From Nymphaea colorata (Eukaryota): DNA of 64,000 nt. The notes beneath the pieces are model-generated. The model had not been told where the DNA came from. It saw only the letters and a program-made list of their open reading frames with translations, and did no database searches. The stretch covers positions 22,630,001-22,694,000 of the forward strand of contig NC_045138.2 of NCBI RefSeq assembly GCF_008831285.2. The letters run 5' to 3'. Shown here piece after piece: positions 38,861 to 51,100 of the stretch. The position numbers were made by a program, and so were the translations under genes. The stretch's first letter is position 1; every line of letters starts with the position of its first letter.

Positions 38861-40631
38861 TTTCAGATATTTTCAGAATACGTATAAGAAGCCTCATAGA
38901 TGAAAATCGTCTGAAAAAACATATGACAGCATGACAATAAAGATGAAGAATTATGGACAAACCATTCTTGCAAGAATGTCGTAGCCCATGGCTTGAAGTA
39001 TCATTAGCAGGCTTTCCAAGAAAGTTCCAGCAACATTGCCCTCCTATTTTGTTAATCTAATAAATTGGAGAGGAAATGTAATGGACTGAAGTTGATGTTG
39101 CACCCCCAAGGCAGATCAGACTGCGGCAGTTTTATGGTTCAAAGAGGTAACCAAGTGAAGTCTTTATACATTGCAGTGCAGCAAGAAACTGGCGTGCTCA
39201 ATCCAATTGGACAGAGGAAACTACAACACAAGTCAAATGGGACCAATACTCCAGCCAAAATGGGCAAGTCATCTCAATCTTTACATTTTTTAAACGGCAT
39301 TTTGCAGACGTCAACACAAAGTTTTCTGTACATGATGGACAGAGGATGTAGTCTGCACGAAATGTGGAATATTATCATTCATCGCATCCATGGGCACCAA
39401 ACCTTGCGTCTTGACAATACAGAAATTGAACTTGACCTGCTATCTGCTAGTCACAAAGTGTGCTCCAACGTATGACTTTCTGGGGTCAGGAGTTCACACA
39501 CAGGATGAGTCTTTCCATGGATAACTATCCATGCTTGCTATGAATGTTATGCGCATCAAGAACAGCATCAATCCGAATTTCTGTCTTTGACTTCACTCAA
39601 CTGATCAAACTGCTTCAGATTTCTAGGACCATATAGAATCCTCTTCGTTCTCCCATGTACTAGTAGAAGCATCAATTTTGGTGGTAGAAAGTTCTCATTT
39701 ATGTGCAAACACGTTGCATTGACCAGTCACGGAATACGCTTTGACTAGTCTCTTCTTGGATTCATAATTGCAATCTTTACAAGACCATATAGAGTCCAGT
39801 ATTTAGAACAAGGACAGCCATGTAGGTACAGGTGCAAGGGCTGCAATATAGCAATTTAGAAAAATATGGAACTAGGCATGCAGGTGGAGTAAACAGGCAG
39901 ATATACAGTAGATAAGTGCCCATCCAAAAAGATGGGGAACTCACACTCTCAATTGACAATCTTTACGTAATATATCGTTCTACCTTTTCCTAGTTTCTGA
40001 ACCTACTTTCTGGTAATTCCTAGTTCCACCCATTAACTTTAAGAATTAATCGGGCCCTACAATAAGCTCAATCTTTTTTGTCTGTAACTATACAACATTC
40101 TGTTCAGTAGTACCATACATTCCTCCATAAGCAAAGATTTATGTAATGAAGATGACAAAGGACTTAAATAAAATAGGATAGGGAGTAGAAGGACTACACA
40201 ACAAAATAGGATAGGGAGTAGAAGGACTACACGAAGGACTAGAAAAGAAGACAATGAACAACGATATGTACTAATGTTGAGCGGCCGAGAGAAGTGCCAG
40301 GAAAATGAAAAGACGGTGGGAATAGGAAGGTGATATTCGTCAGCCATCATGCCTATTGGTACCGACCTGTTTGCAGTAGCTTCGAAGGACTAATTTAGAC
40401 AGGCAAGTTTCATGACCCTCCCGCCACTATCTATGGTGAAAGGTTAAAAGAGGATAGCGTTCAGTATGCATTCTTAGTTTCTTACTTGGTACCCTACTAG
40501 AAGTTAACATGTTGTCAGAGGATTCACACTCAAATACATAACACTCATCTCAGAAAATAGCATTTGAAGCAAAAAATGAATATGAGGAAATCTAAAGAAC
40601 GAAGGCCACCTTAGGAGAGTTAGGAGATTCT

Positions 40632-42104
40632 TTAATCGTTCAAAGGTTCTTTGATCAAAAGGTTCATTTTCTCCATAAGAAATTCAAGTACGTCTTCTCT
40701 TCCTTCCTTCAAGAGCAACTTCCTCAACCTCTTGACAGTCGGACCAGATGGTCGGATGCCCTTTTCAATCATTTCTTCTAACAAAACACATGCCTTGTCC
40801 AGTTCACCGTTTTCACAAAGACCATTGATGAGCACGGAGAATGTGTGCATGCTAGGAATAAACTGTTTGAGGCCCATGTATTTCCAAACCTTCAGTGCCA
40901 TCTCCAACTTATCCATGTCGCAGAACATTTTTATCATCATAGTGTACGTGTCTGAATCAGGATCGCAACACTTAATCATCCTCCTGAAAACACGATACGC
41001 CTCATCATTTTCCCTAGCATCAATAAGGCTATTCAAAAGTATATTAAAAGTTCTACAATTTGGAGAAACACCCTTGTTCTCCATCTCTTGCAAAACCCTG
41101 AAAACGTTCTTAAACTTCCTCACCTTACAGAATGCACCAACCAAGGCATTATACACTGCAACATCAGCTCGTATCCCATTCCTTTCCATCTCTAGGAACG
41201 TTTCAACTGCATCGCCAATACGCCTCTCAGTACCATACTGATGAACGAGAATGCTGTAGATGAATGAATTCGGCATACAGTTCCTACTTCTCATCTCTGC
41301 CATGACCTCCACTGCCTCCTCCATGCGGCCAGCTTTACAGAGTATGTCCACCATAATCGAGTAAGTAACGATATCTGGTTCACATCCATTCTCGACCATA
41401 TCTCTGTAAACCTCCCTGGCTTTCGGCAGATTGGGCTCTCTGCCCCAACCCTCCAAAAGTATGCTATACGTTTTCGAATCGGGAACAAAGCGATCCTTCA
41501 TCGAGTCGAAGATCTCCTGGGCCTTCCTGACATTCTTAGACTTACAAAAGGCACCAAGCAAGCTATTGAACGCTGCTAAGTTCGGTGTCACTCCAAATTT
41601 ATCCATGACATTGAAGGTATATATGGCTTCATCCACCTTCTGCGCCCTCGCGTACCTTCTCGTCATCACAGAGAATGTCTCAACGTTCAAGAGGCTCTTT
41701 CGGCGCATATCATTAACCAGATCCCACATCAACTGATATTGCCTAATCTTGGCCAAGGAGCCTATCACCAAATGGTATGCTTTCACAGTGTGTATGTAGC
41801 TTCTCTGCTTCTCTGCCCATCGGAAAAACCGGTAGACTTGCATTCCGGCATTCTCGAATCGCTCGATTACCCTCTCAACCACATCAGGGGACGGCCTGAT
41901 CCCACTTTCATCGAGCATCTTCTCTAGAACCAATTTCGGTGAAGACATCATAATCTTGCAGACCCTCTCCGTAGGGTCTGTTGATTCAAGCGAATTCTCA
42001 GATTGGTGGTAGCTTCTCACCAGAACAGTAGATTCTAAAGCATATGTTGGGCATTGCCGCATCAAAGTTTTGAGCTCATTGAGACTTAACAAATTCCTCA
42101 TCAT
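40632..42104 (-). CDS. P-class pentatricopeptide repeat protein, At1g77360 (APPR6)/maize MPPR6-like, probably mitochondrial
   Basis: Single-exon ORF. The first ATG is at 42104 (the track start at 42140 is a GTG). About ten 35-aa PPR motifs (PNLAAFNSLLGAFCK, PDSKTYSILLEGWGR, PDIVTYSIMVDILCK, PSMHTFSVLINGLC). The C-terminus REDVLEFLMEKMNLLIKEPLND closely matches my recollection of At1g77360. Confidence 0.93.
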   Translation of the reverse strand: MMRNLLSLNELKTLMRQCPTYALESTVLVRSYHQSENSLESTDPTERVCKIMMSSPKLVLEKMLDESGIRPSPDVVERVIERFENAGMQVYRFFRWAEKQRSYIHTVKAYHLVIGSLAKIRQYQLMWDLVNDMRRKSLLNVETFSVMTRRYARAQKVDEAIYTFNVMDKFGVTPNLAAFNSLLGAFCKSKNVRKAQEIFDSMKDRFVPDSKTYSILLEGWGREPNLPKAREVYRDMVENGCEPDIVTYSIMVDILCKAGRMEEAVEVMAEMRSRNCMPNSFIYSILVHQYGTERRIGDAVETFLEMERNGIRADVAVYNALVGAFCKVRKFKNVFRVLQEMENKGVSPNCRTFNILLNSLIDARENDEAYRVFRRMIKCCDPDSDTYTMMIKMFCDMDKLEMALKVWKYMGLKQFIPSMHTFSVLINGLCENGELDKACVLLEEMIEKGIRPSGPTVKRLRKLLLKEGREDVLEFLMEKMNLLIKEPLND

Positions 42105-42265
42105 TTTTTGGAGCAAAATAACAAAAGGAGGAGGTCTCACGAAGAACTAGGTGAAATCTGTATCAACCCACACACGAAGCAAACTAAGCACGATGAGCAG
42201 AGGACAAGAGAACATACAACAGAAGCTCCCCCTCGATTCATCTTCCTCTCCTTTCGTCGACGAAA

Positions 42266-42273
42266 TAGGGTTT
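42266..42273 (-). promoter_or_regulatory. Telo-box (AAACCCTA) upstream of the PPR gene
   Basis: TAGGGTTT on the plus strand about 165 bp upstream of the ATG, in the purine/pyrimidine-biased leader. Typical of genes for gene-expression machinery. Confidence 0.45.
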
Positions 42274-42861
42274 AGCGTTCAATTTCCGCTGGGGAAGCGG
42301 GGATGAACCAAAGCGAGAAAACGGGAATTTTCTTCGTAAAATGGCGGAAAACAGAATTCCCTTCGTGCCACTTAGCCGAACGACACCGGTTCGATCATTG
42401 CGGCAATATCACGGCCACGGGCGCCCACTTTGCGGTTAACCCTGAGGCGGACGGTGTCAAAGAACGCCTATATAATGAAGTGAATAAATATTTGAATGCA
42501 ATTTTGAATCCGAATTTGAAGCAAATCTGAAATCTAATTAAGAATTCGGACGATGAATGTCAAAATTTCATACCAGAAGCTAGTTGGGGCACATACATAT
42601 TGACGTGCAATGTTGTTTGATTTCCTTGTTCAAATGACAGAATTTGGTCCGACTGCATTTTGGATCTGAACTAGGTCCAACAAAATAGAGTTGAATTCAA
42701 ATCTAAAACGTCTATTTATAACAATAAAATGGATTGCAACTTTAATGCATTTACAAGACGAGGGTTGGACCCATTTATAAGAAGTCAAGCTCGGGTTGGC
42801 TCGACCATCAAAACCCAAGCATGTCTGGCTGCCGTCACTTGTTGACGTAGAAGTAGAGGGG

Positions 42862-43320
42862 TAGGGGTGAACACGAGTCAATTCGAACCTGAATTCAGTA
42901 AGCTCGAGCTCGACTTAACAGTTACATGTTGAGCTCAAGTTCGACTCAATTAAAGCTCGACAAGCTCATTTGAATAGAATTGATATTCATCGTTACATGT
43001 TGAGCTTGAACTCGACTCAATAAAGACTCAACAAACTCTTTTAAACAAAATTGATATTCATCGTTACGTGTTGAGTTCGACCTCGAGCTCGAATTAATTA
43101 AGGCTCGACAAACTCGTAACTTGTTTGGATATGTCGACTTGATTAAGGCTCAACAAACTCAATTAAGGCTCGAACTCGACTCGGCAATTACGTGTTGACT
43201 TTGAACTTAACTCGATTATTTGAACGAGTTGACTCATGAATTCGAGCTTGACTTATTAAACAAATGACTTGACTCGAACTTATTCACGAGTCAGCCTGCT
43301 GGACTCGTTGTTCACCCCTA
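42862..43320. mobile_element. Non-autonomous hAT-type MITE with CTCGA subrepeats
   Basis: TIR TAGGGGTGAACA / TGTTCACCCCTA with dense CTCGA/TCGAG repeats inside. No TSD recognisable. Confidence 0.7.
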
Positions 43321-44073
43321 CAAATGAGTAAAAGACTCTTGTAATAATTGATTAGGGCGTCACATGACGTAGAATCAAACAATGTGGAGTGAGTGCTTCT
43401 CGTGCTAGAAGAATTGACATATCTTGTACATATAGATTATGAGCACCTGATGAAAATGGTTTCGGCCTAGCCACGGCCAGAGCATTTTGGGAAGTTTTGC
43501 TTAAACTATGTTGGTGTTATATCTATCCATAAAAATCTTTTATGGAAGATTAACTCACAATGATAAATTTATTTTAGCCAAAGATGAAGTTATAAAAAAT
43601 GCATATCATTTAATTATCAACATTCATGAATGCCTTTTTGTTTTGAAGAAGATGTTGTATGTTATCGCCGCTACGTGGCTAGTAGATGTAGCCCGTGTCT
43701 CGTAGAGTCAGAAATTTTGGTTGAAAAAGTACTAATCCAACACTTCCATACCTAAAGGGATACCAAGATATATAAATAGTTAAATGTTTGAATGCATTAT
43801 AAAAATAAAGTTATTTTCAGGGGTTGCTGTGGGCAATTGCTTACACTGGACTATATGCTGCTCCGCCACATTAAATGAGGTTGTAAAACCTTATGTCTCT
43901 AGTTTTCTTATAAAATTATCTTATTTTCCAAATTATATTCTCACCTGCCATGTTCTCGGTTATATTAAGCTAAAACAAATGAAGAAATGTGTTTTGTAAA
44001 ACAAACCAAAAATATTAAAATAAAAGCATGACAGATTGCCGGCATATATATTGTGTGGGTGTGATAGCTTTTA

Positions 44074-44659
44074 GGTTGTATTTGTTTTACTATGGATTTG
44101 AGATCCACGGTAATATCCGAAATCCATAGATTTCAGGTGGGACCCGCCCTCTCTAATTCAACTTTAAATTCATAGTTTTTAGCTAAGTTACATTGGCATG
44201 AGTACTGAAATATAGGTACAGACACGATAATTTAAAAAAATGTGAATACATGATATGGCAGGATATATGTATGTATATATGCAACATAAAAAAACGTCAA
44301 AATGAAAGCAACATTTTAATAAATAAGTGATATAAATAAAAATATTATAAGTTAATAAACAATAACTATAAGAATAAAATGAAAAGTAAAGTAAAAAAAT
44401 TAAATTAAAGTAAAATTAAGTCGTTTGGATATAAATGTACTGGATATAAATGTATCAAAGTATGTTTAAGTACCCATTTTGAGTACTGATATGATGGGCC
44501 ACATGAGAACATGAACCTTACTAAAGTATCCATGTAACTTAGGTTTTTAATAATGTAGCATTAATTTAAACTCTAACCATACCCATGTAACTTAGGTTTT
44601 TAATAATGTAGCATTAATTTAAACTCTAACCAGTAAGATCTCGTACTATAAACACAACC
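44074..44659. mobile_element. Tourist/Harbinger-like MITE containing a nested hAT-type MITE (44183-44542)
   Basis: Outer TIR GGTTGTATTT / AAACACAACC with TTA on both flanks. Inner TIR CTAAGTTACA / TGTAACTTAG with flanks GTTTTTAG / GTTTTTAA. A ~53-bp tandem duplication lies at 44530-44632. Confidence 0.6.
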
Positions 44660-45105
44660 TTATGGTCTGACTTAGCATGTATTTTGGCTCGCGATCAAGT
44701 TTGGCCTTCGTGTTCGACTGCGTTGGCCATGGTGAGATAAACCTTCTAGAAGTTATTTTAATGCTCTACCATAGCGTAAATGACCAAAAAACCAGCCTGA
44801 AGATCTACCGCGAGGAAAAAATGGGCAGATTTCATTCTCAAAATCTCATATTCTCAAATCCTCTTCCAGCAACAGAACTGCCGGCCGTTATGGCGTTTCT
44901 GTAATTTAAATATTTTCCAATGGTATTTCCGACATTCGGTTCAGAGCGTGGCCCACATTGATGCGTTTCGACACGGATAAGAGAGAAGTCCGACAGGTGG
45001 TACCGAGGATAACAGAAAAAAAAAGAGGATTTCGAAAAATTTCGACAGTTCCTGTCCTCGTTGTCGTGGTTGGAGACGAGTGAGGGCGAGTGGGCGGACG
45101 GCCGC

Positions 45106-48100
45106 ATGGGGACGACGATCTCGCCTACGTCGCTTCTCCTCTGCAACTCATTCAAGGGACTCCCGGTCACTCCCCGTTCCTCGTTTCAGGCGAGGAACCG
45201 CTGCCCCAGGCTCCCAGGGACGGTACGAGCTTCCTGGCAAGAGGTCTGTGGAGTTCCATATTTCTCTCTTTCCTCCTCTCATTACACGGAGCTTGCTTTT
45301 TCTATGCATTTTGAAACTGTTTCTGATTTCCTGTTCTTCTCTCTAAAATTGGAGGTTGCCGGTGTTATAGTTTTCTCCGCGTTTCCGTTCACCGTCGTGA
45401 AGGCGATCGCTAATAGCTCTCTGGGAGCTGCCCTCCAGGAGAGGATGCAGGCGACTAAAGCGGCTGATGTGGCGAATTACTCTAAGAAGAGAGCCTTAGC
45501 AGAGAGGGTTCGGGCAGAGAGGTGAGTCCAAGTGCACAACTTTTTGTTGAGTTTCCTTTCTTTTTTAAAGTATTTCTCTGATTCGAATGATTCAGTGCGT
45601 GCATTCTATTTTTGACGGTTCATCTCTATGATGAGGGAACTTTTCATGTTTCGTTGGATTTGCATTTTTTGGGTGGCTGTTGAAAGGAATTTCAACTGCC
45701 CTTTGTTTGATACCACTGACTGTGGTACATTTCTACTTGATAAGACAGAACTTATCTTCCATTAGCGGCTTTTTTAGGTGGATGAAAAGGCTTGATAACA
45801 TGGTCGCCTACAGTGATTAGCGTTCTCATTCTCGCGGCTGAAGTAAGTTAGGACTTCCACATTCTGACTGCAATAAATAATCAAATATTAACGATGGAGC
45901 TTGAGAGAATATCACTGTTCAAGGCTTTCAACTTTAGACGGTAATCTGCAACGAAGTATGAATATGCTATTCAGAAACGAATTTTATTTGTCTTTTATTT
46001 TCAACTGGTGGAAATCTCGTCGGTTTCTTTTCCTGCTTGAAAAGAAATGACCACAAAAGATTTATTTCTTGGAAATGGAAACCTGAAAATGCACAACTGC
46101 TTGCAGGAGATGAGTTGCTTGAGGAAAAACTTGCGATCTTTTCTGTTGATGCATATTTCTGATCTTCATTTTCATTAATGCTAGATTTTGGGCTGTCTAA
46201 CAAGGACAGGAAAAATGAAGCAGCACCATAGGAACGCAAATATTGATCAGGAAATTCAAAACTAACATCTAAAACAATCACAATCTGCTTCAATATTCTG
46301 GACAATTTTGTGATTGTTTTAGGTTTCTGGTTATGTTTCATCAGCTGTCCTGTTATTTCTTATAGGTTCATTAAAATTTTAAAAACTTAGGTTAATGCCG
46401 CTTCCATGATAAGAAGCTTTATAGGCCGCAGACTCAATGGTATTTCTTTTAGGTTATTTATAATTTCAGATACGAACAGACACACACACACACGTAGATC
46501 ACAGTCACAAATGCAGGTGTTATTTACATTTTTGGGGAGGCGAAAACGAACTCCATTAGCAGTCTTTTAATGTATCTTCAGAAAGTCTGAGTAAATCTTG
46601 GCATCTACAGTGATGAAAAGAATGGGAAAAGGAAATTAAAGGGAAAGCTATTTGTTAACTAAATAAAAATAGGAAACATAACAGGAAAATAGTGAAATTA
46701 TGGTTTTTATACATATTTTGTTACAAGAATGTTATTAAATGTTTAAATAATTATCAAAATGTCAAAATAAATTGCAAAAAACTTAAAAGATTAACTTTTA
46801 AAAATCTCAAGATTATTGCATATTTACACAAGAAACTGAAATTGGTAATATTTTAAAAACACTGAGAACTTTCAAACAATTGAAAAAGAATCTTAAAAGT
46901 TAGATAAAAGATAAATCTTAAAATACATTCGTTGTGTTTGTTGTATCAGATAAAGGATTACTGCATGTTTACAAATCCCTTATGATTTTCTAATTTCTTG
47001 TTTCTTCTTCTTTCACCAAAATGTAGGTATCAATCTTTGTTAGATAAATGTCATTGTTTATCAACTATAAACTCATGAATAATGCACAAATATATTCTCC
47101 ATCGCTTCTAGCTGAAGCTTCTGTAATGTTTGTTACGCTTGTCCTCACTGAAAAATCTGTGTACATTTCATTTTGCCCCCAAAGTGCACCTATGTTCTTC
47201 TTGCAGTACAAGTATTTGTTTTTCCCAATAAGAGAAAGCTAAAAGATGTAGCATTACTTGCCTTGTTTCTCTCATCAGGTCCCATGGAGTAACTTTGTAA
47301 TGTCCGTTTAGTTAGTGAAATTCTTTCTGTTTGTTGTATACTTGATGATTTCAGTGGTTTCTTTGTAGTTTCTGGTATGGTGAAGAGCGTCCCCGTTGGC
47401 TTGGTCCACTCTTGTATGATTATCCTCGGTATCTGACTGGAGAACTGCCAGGTGATTATGGCTTTGACATTGCAGGACTAAGTAAGGAACAGGTGGCTTT
47501 GGAGAAATATTTCAAGTAGGTATCATGCTGCCCTTCTAGTTGCCTCCACCTGATTTAACAGTTTATGTTTATAAGTTATAACACTAAGGAATTTCCCTCT
47601 ACAGTTTCTTTGAATCCAAGATGATTATATGATATTGCACTAACAGATTAGGTACATGTTCAAAAGAATCATAATTAAAAGACTGAGTTGAATTGCTACT
47701 TGTTAGACTCTATTTAGGATGAAAAATGGTTGGTTTGGGTTCCATCTGGGTGTAGTATCACCTTTGACTCATTTGACGTGTAGTAATTGGATTCAAGCTT
47801 GGATTTGCACTTGCATAAAAATACTTGAACTGGACCTGTCCAACCTTTAAATGATAACCTGCAATCCGAAACAAATCAATTCTGCCCAAAAGTGCAGTTC
47901 CTGCTCTTGGTGATTGTGAGACTTTAGGTCCCTGGAGTTGCATCAGTTAACAGGTTGCTGGTGGTTGCTTTATGTTTCTTAAAGGTATTTTCCGCCGCAC
48001 ATCCTTGTTTCAGATTTCAAGAAGGATCTTACTGGATTGTTCTCATACTTGAATCCAACTACTATGGTTCAGTTTGATATGGCAAATTTCAAACCAAAAA

Positions 48101-51100
48101 TTAGTTTAAAAACCAAATTCAAAATTTTCTTACGAAAACTCGACTAAATGATTTACCTTGAACTATTAACATTCCTAATTACGTGATTGGATCTCCATAG
48201 TATGTTCCATAGTCACACATATCATTAAGCGATTTTAAATGTTCAAATTTTCCTAGGGTATTTTTCAGCAAAGCCGAAAATATAAGACCTCCATTTCTGA
48301 ACGCATTTATTAGATGTGTTTACATTTATTTCCCTAGAATTACGTTGCTCACTTATATGGGTCTAGATGCTCAGAGGTAGAGCATGGAGCAGTTTTGTGT
48401 AGGTTTGATTGGAATGAAAATCAGATATGTATATTTCAAATTATAATAAATTTATCAAGAGGGACATGAATGTCATCAAGTGATAAGACAATGGTAAGAT
48501 AGTGAATTTACCTTACAGGAAATGAAGGAAATTTTTGAAATTGTTAGGATAAAATCTAGCAACATTACTTGTATGGCGAGAAATTTGAAGTGTGCACAGG
48601 CCATAGGAGTCTCAAATATGTATTTTCTTAGAAAGAGTTAAACATGAGACATCGACGATGGATGGAATACCTAAAGGGCTATGATTTTGAAATTCTTTAC
48701 CATCCAGGTTGTGGTTGATGCTTTGAGTCGTAAGGAAAAAGGAACAGTAAGTTGAATGTTAACTCAACAATGGAAACTAATTGAGGACTTCATAGCTTGG
48801 AAACCTTTCATAGTTGTTGAGTCTGTGATTGTTTTGAAGGGACTACTTGTCAAGCCAGACATTCTAAATGAGATCCAAGGTAAACAAAAAGAAGATTCAG
48901 ATTATGAACACCTAAAAAGCAGATCAAAAAACGAAAAATCAGGTATGTCTACAAATGAGAATTTTAACAATTTGGTTTAGAAAGCGTCTGTGGGTGTAGA
49001 CGTTGATAAGTTGTGCAAGGTTATATTGGATGAGGCTGACAAGTCTAGGCACATTATTCATCTTGGCAATACAAAGATGTATCATGATTTGCATCAAAAC
49101 TTCTGGTGCGAAAGTATGAAGAAAGACATTGCTGAGTGTGTTTTTAAATGTTTGACCTATCAATAAGTCAAGATTGAACATCAACGTCTAGGAGGTTTGA
49201 TGCAGCACATTGACATACCACAGTAGAAATGAGAAGATATCACCATAGATTTTATTATAGGATTTTCAACGAACCGTAAATAGCACGATGTGATATGGTT
49301 AATTGTGGAAGGCTAACCAAATCTGCTCACTTTCTTCCTATTTGCACCAATTAGTCCTTAGAAAGTCTTGGAGATTTGTACATGGAGGAGATAGTAAGAC
49401 TTTATGGTGTGCCACAATTGATAATTTCAAATAGAGATTTGCGATTTACTACAAAATTTTGGAGGCAGTTGCAACAAGCCTTGGGTACACGTTTGAAATT
49501 CAACACAGTCCTTCACCCTCAAATTGATAGTCAATCAAAACGCACTATTCAAATTTCAAACATTGGAAGATATATTACGTGCATGTGTACTTGATTGGAA
49601 AGGCAAATGGGATAAACATATTAATTGGCAGAATTTGTCTAACAGTTATCATGCAAGCATCGATATGACATCATACGAGGCATTATATGGGTGACCATGC
49701 CGATCACCTATTTACTGATCTGATATTGGTACCAAAAGCATTGATGTACCTATAGTGATTCAACATTTCTCCGAGCAAGAACAAAAGATTAGACAACGAT
49801 TCTTGGCAACACAACACCGATAGAAGAGTTATGCCAACAACCATTGCGAGAGTTTGCTATTGATGTTGGCGAACACGTTTTCCTTAAGGTTTCAAAAGAC
49901 ATTTTTTGTTTTCGAAAGAAAGGTAAACTCAACCTGTGATATATCAGACTATTCGAGATTTTGGATAAAATTAGTGCTACTGCTTATAGATTAGTTCTAC
50001 CGCCACAACTTGAGCACGTTCACAATATGTTTTGTATTTCAATGCTGAAGAAGTATGTCGATGACCCAAGACATGTGATCAATCATGAAGCCATCACGAT
50101 AAAAGAATACCTAACTTCTAAATAAATACCTATAGAGATTGTAGATCATCTCATTAGCATTTCACCAAGAAAAAGATTCCCATGGTGAAAGTTCGATGGT
50201 TACACCATGGATTTGAAGAATGTACATAAAAACTAGAGGGCACGATGAAGAGGCAATATTTTACCCTATTTAGTAACTAGTTTTCTTTAGATTTTGCGGA
50301 CAAAATTTCTATAGGGAGAGGGTAATTGTAAAAGTTCTATTTCTGAACACATCTATTACATATGTTTACATTTATTTCCTTAGAATTATGTTGCTCACGT
50401 ATAAGAGTTGTTCAGAGGTACAACATGGAGCGTGCTTCATGCAGATTCGATCGAAATAAAAATGAAACATGTATATTTCAAATCATAATAAATTTATCAA
50501 GAGGGATGTGAATGTCATTAAGGGCCCGTTTGATTGTCAAGTGAAATTTAACGTGGTAAATTTACCATGGTAAATTTTTCTGGAAAAATTTACAGGATGA
50601 AATTTCTCCTTCTTCCAATATGAGGCCCTGTTTGATGCACAGGAAGAGTTTAACATGGTAAAACGACTGATCTTTCCAGTTGAATACGAGGCGAGCAGAA
50701 TCTACAAGCCCAAGCGCAATGTACATTTTCATAATGGAATTACATAATACTGAATCCAACTCATGCCCAAGTTTCATCCCGTGGCAATGAATCGACCTGC
50801 CAATCTCAGGAAACCCACAATGACCAGAGCCAGCTGTAATGCTCACTCAGCTGCTCAAATTGGGCCTCAAATCACCCATCAACAGACTATTAAAAATCGC
50901 AAGCGCCACATTGAACTCACCAACTTTGCAGTAACCATCAATCATCGCATTCCATGAGACGATGCTTCTTTTGGGCATTTTATCGAACACCTTGTGAGCA
51001 AGCTGTTTGTTACCAGTTATCCCGTACAGATGGTGGAGTATTGAATCACCCATCTCATTCTGTGGACAATAACAGATGGTGGAGTATCTGGGGACAATCA

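Noticed and set aside
39065..39475. 136-aa ORF downstream of the PPR gene
   Set aside because: Non-ATG start and no recognisable motif. It may overlap PPR 3' UTR sequence.
40651..41927. Plus-strand ORFs of 62-196 aa
   Set aside because: Antisense shadows of the PPR coding sequence.
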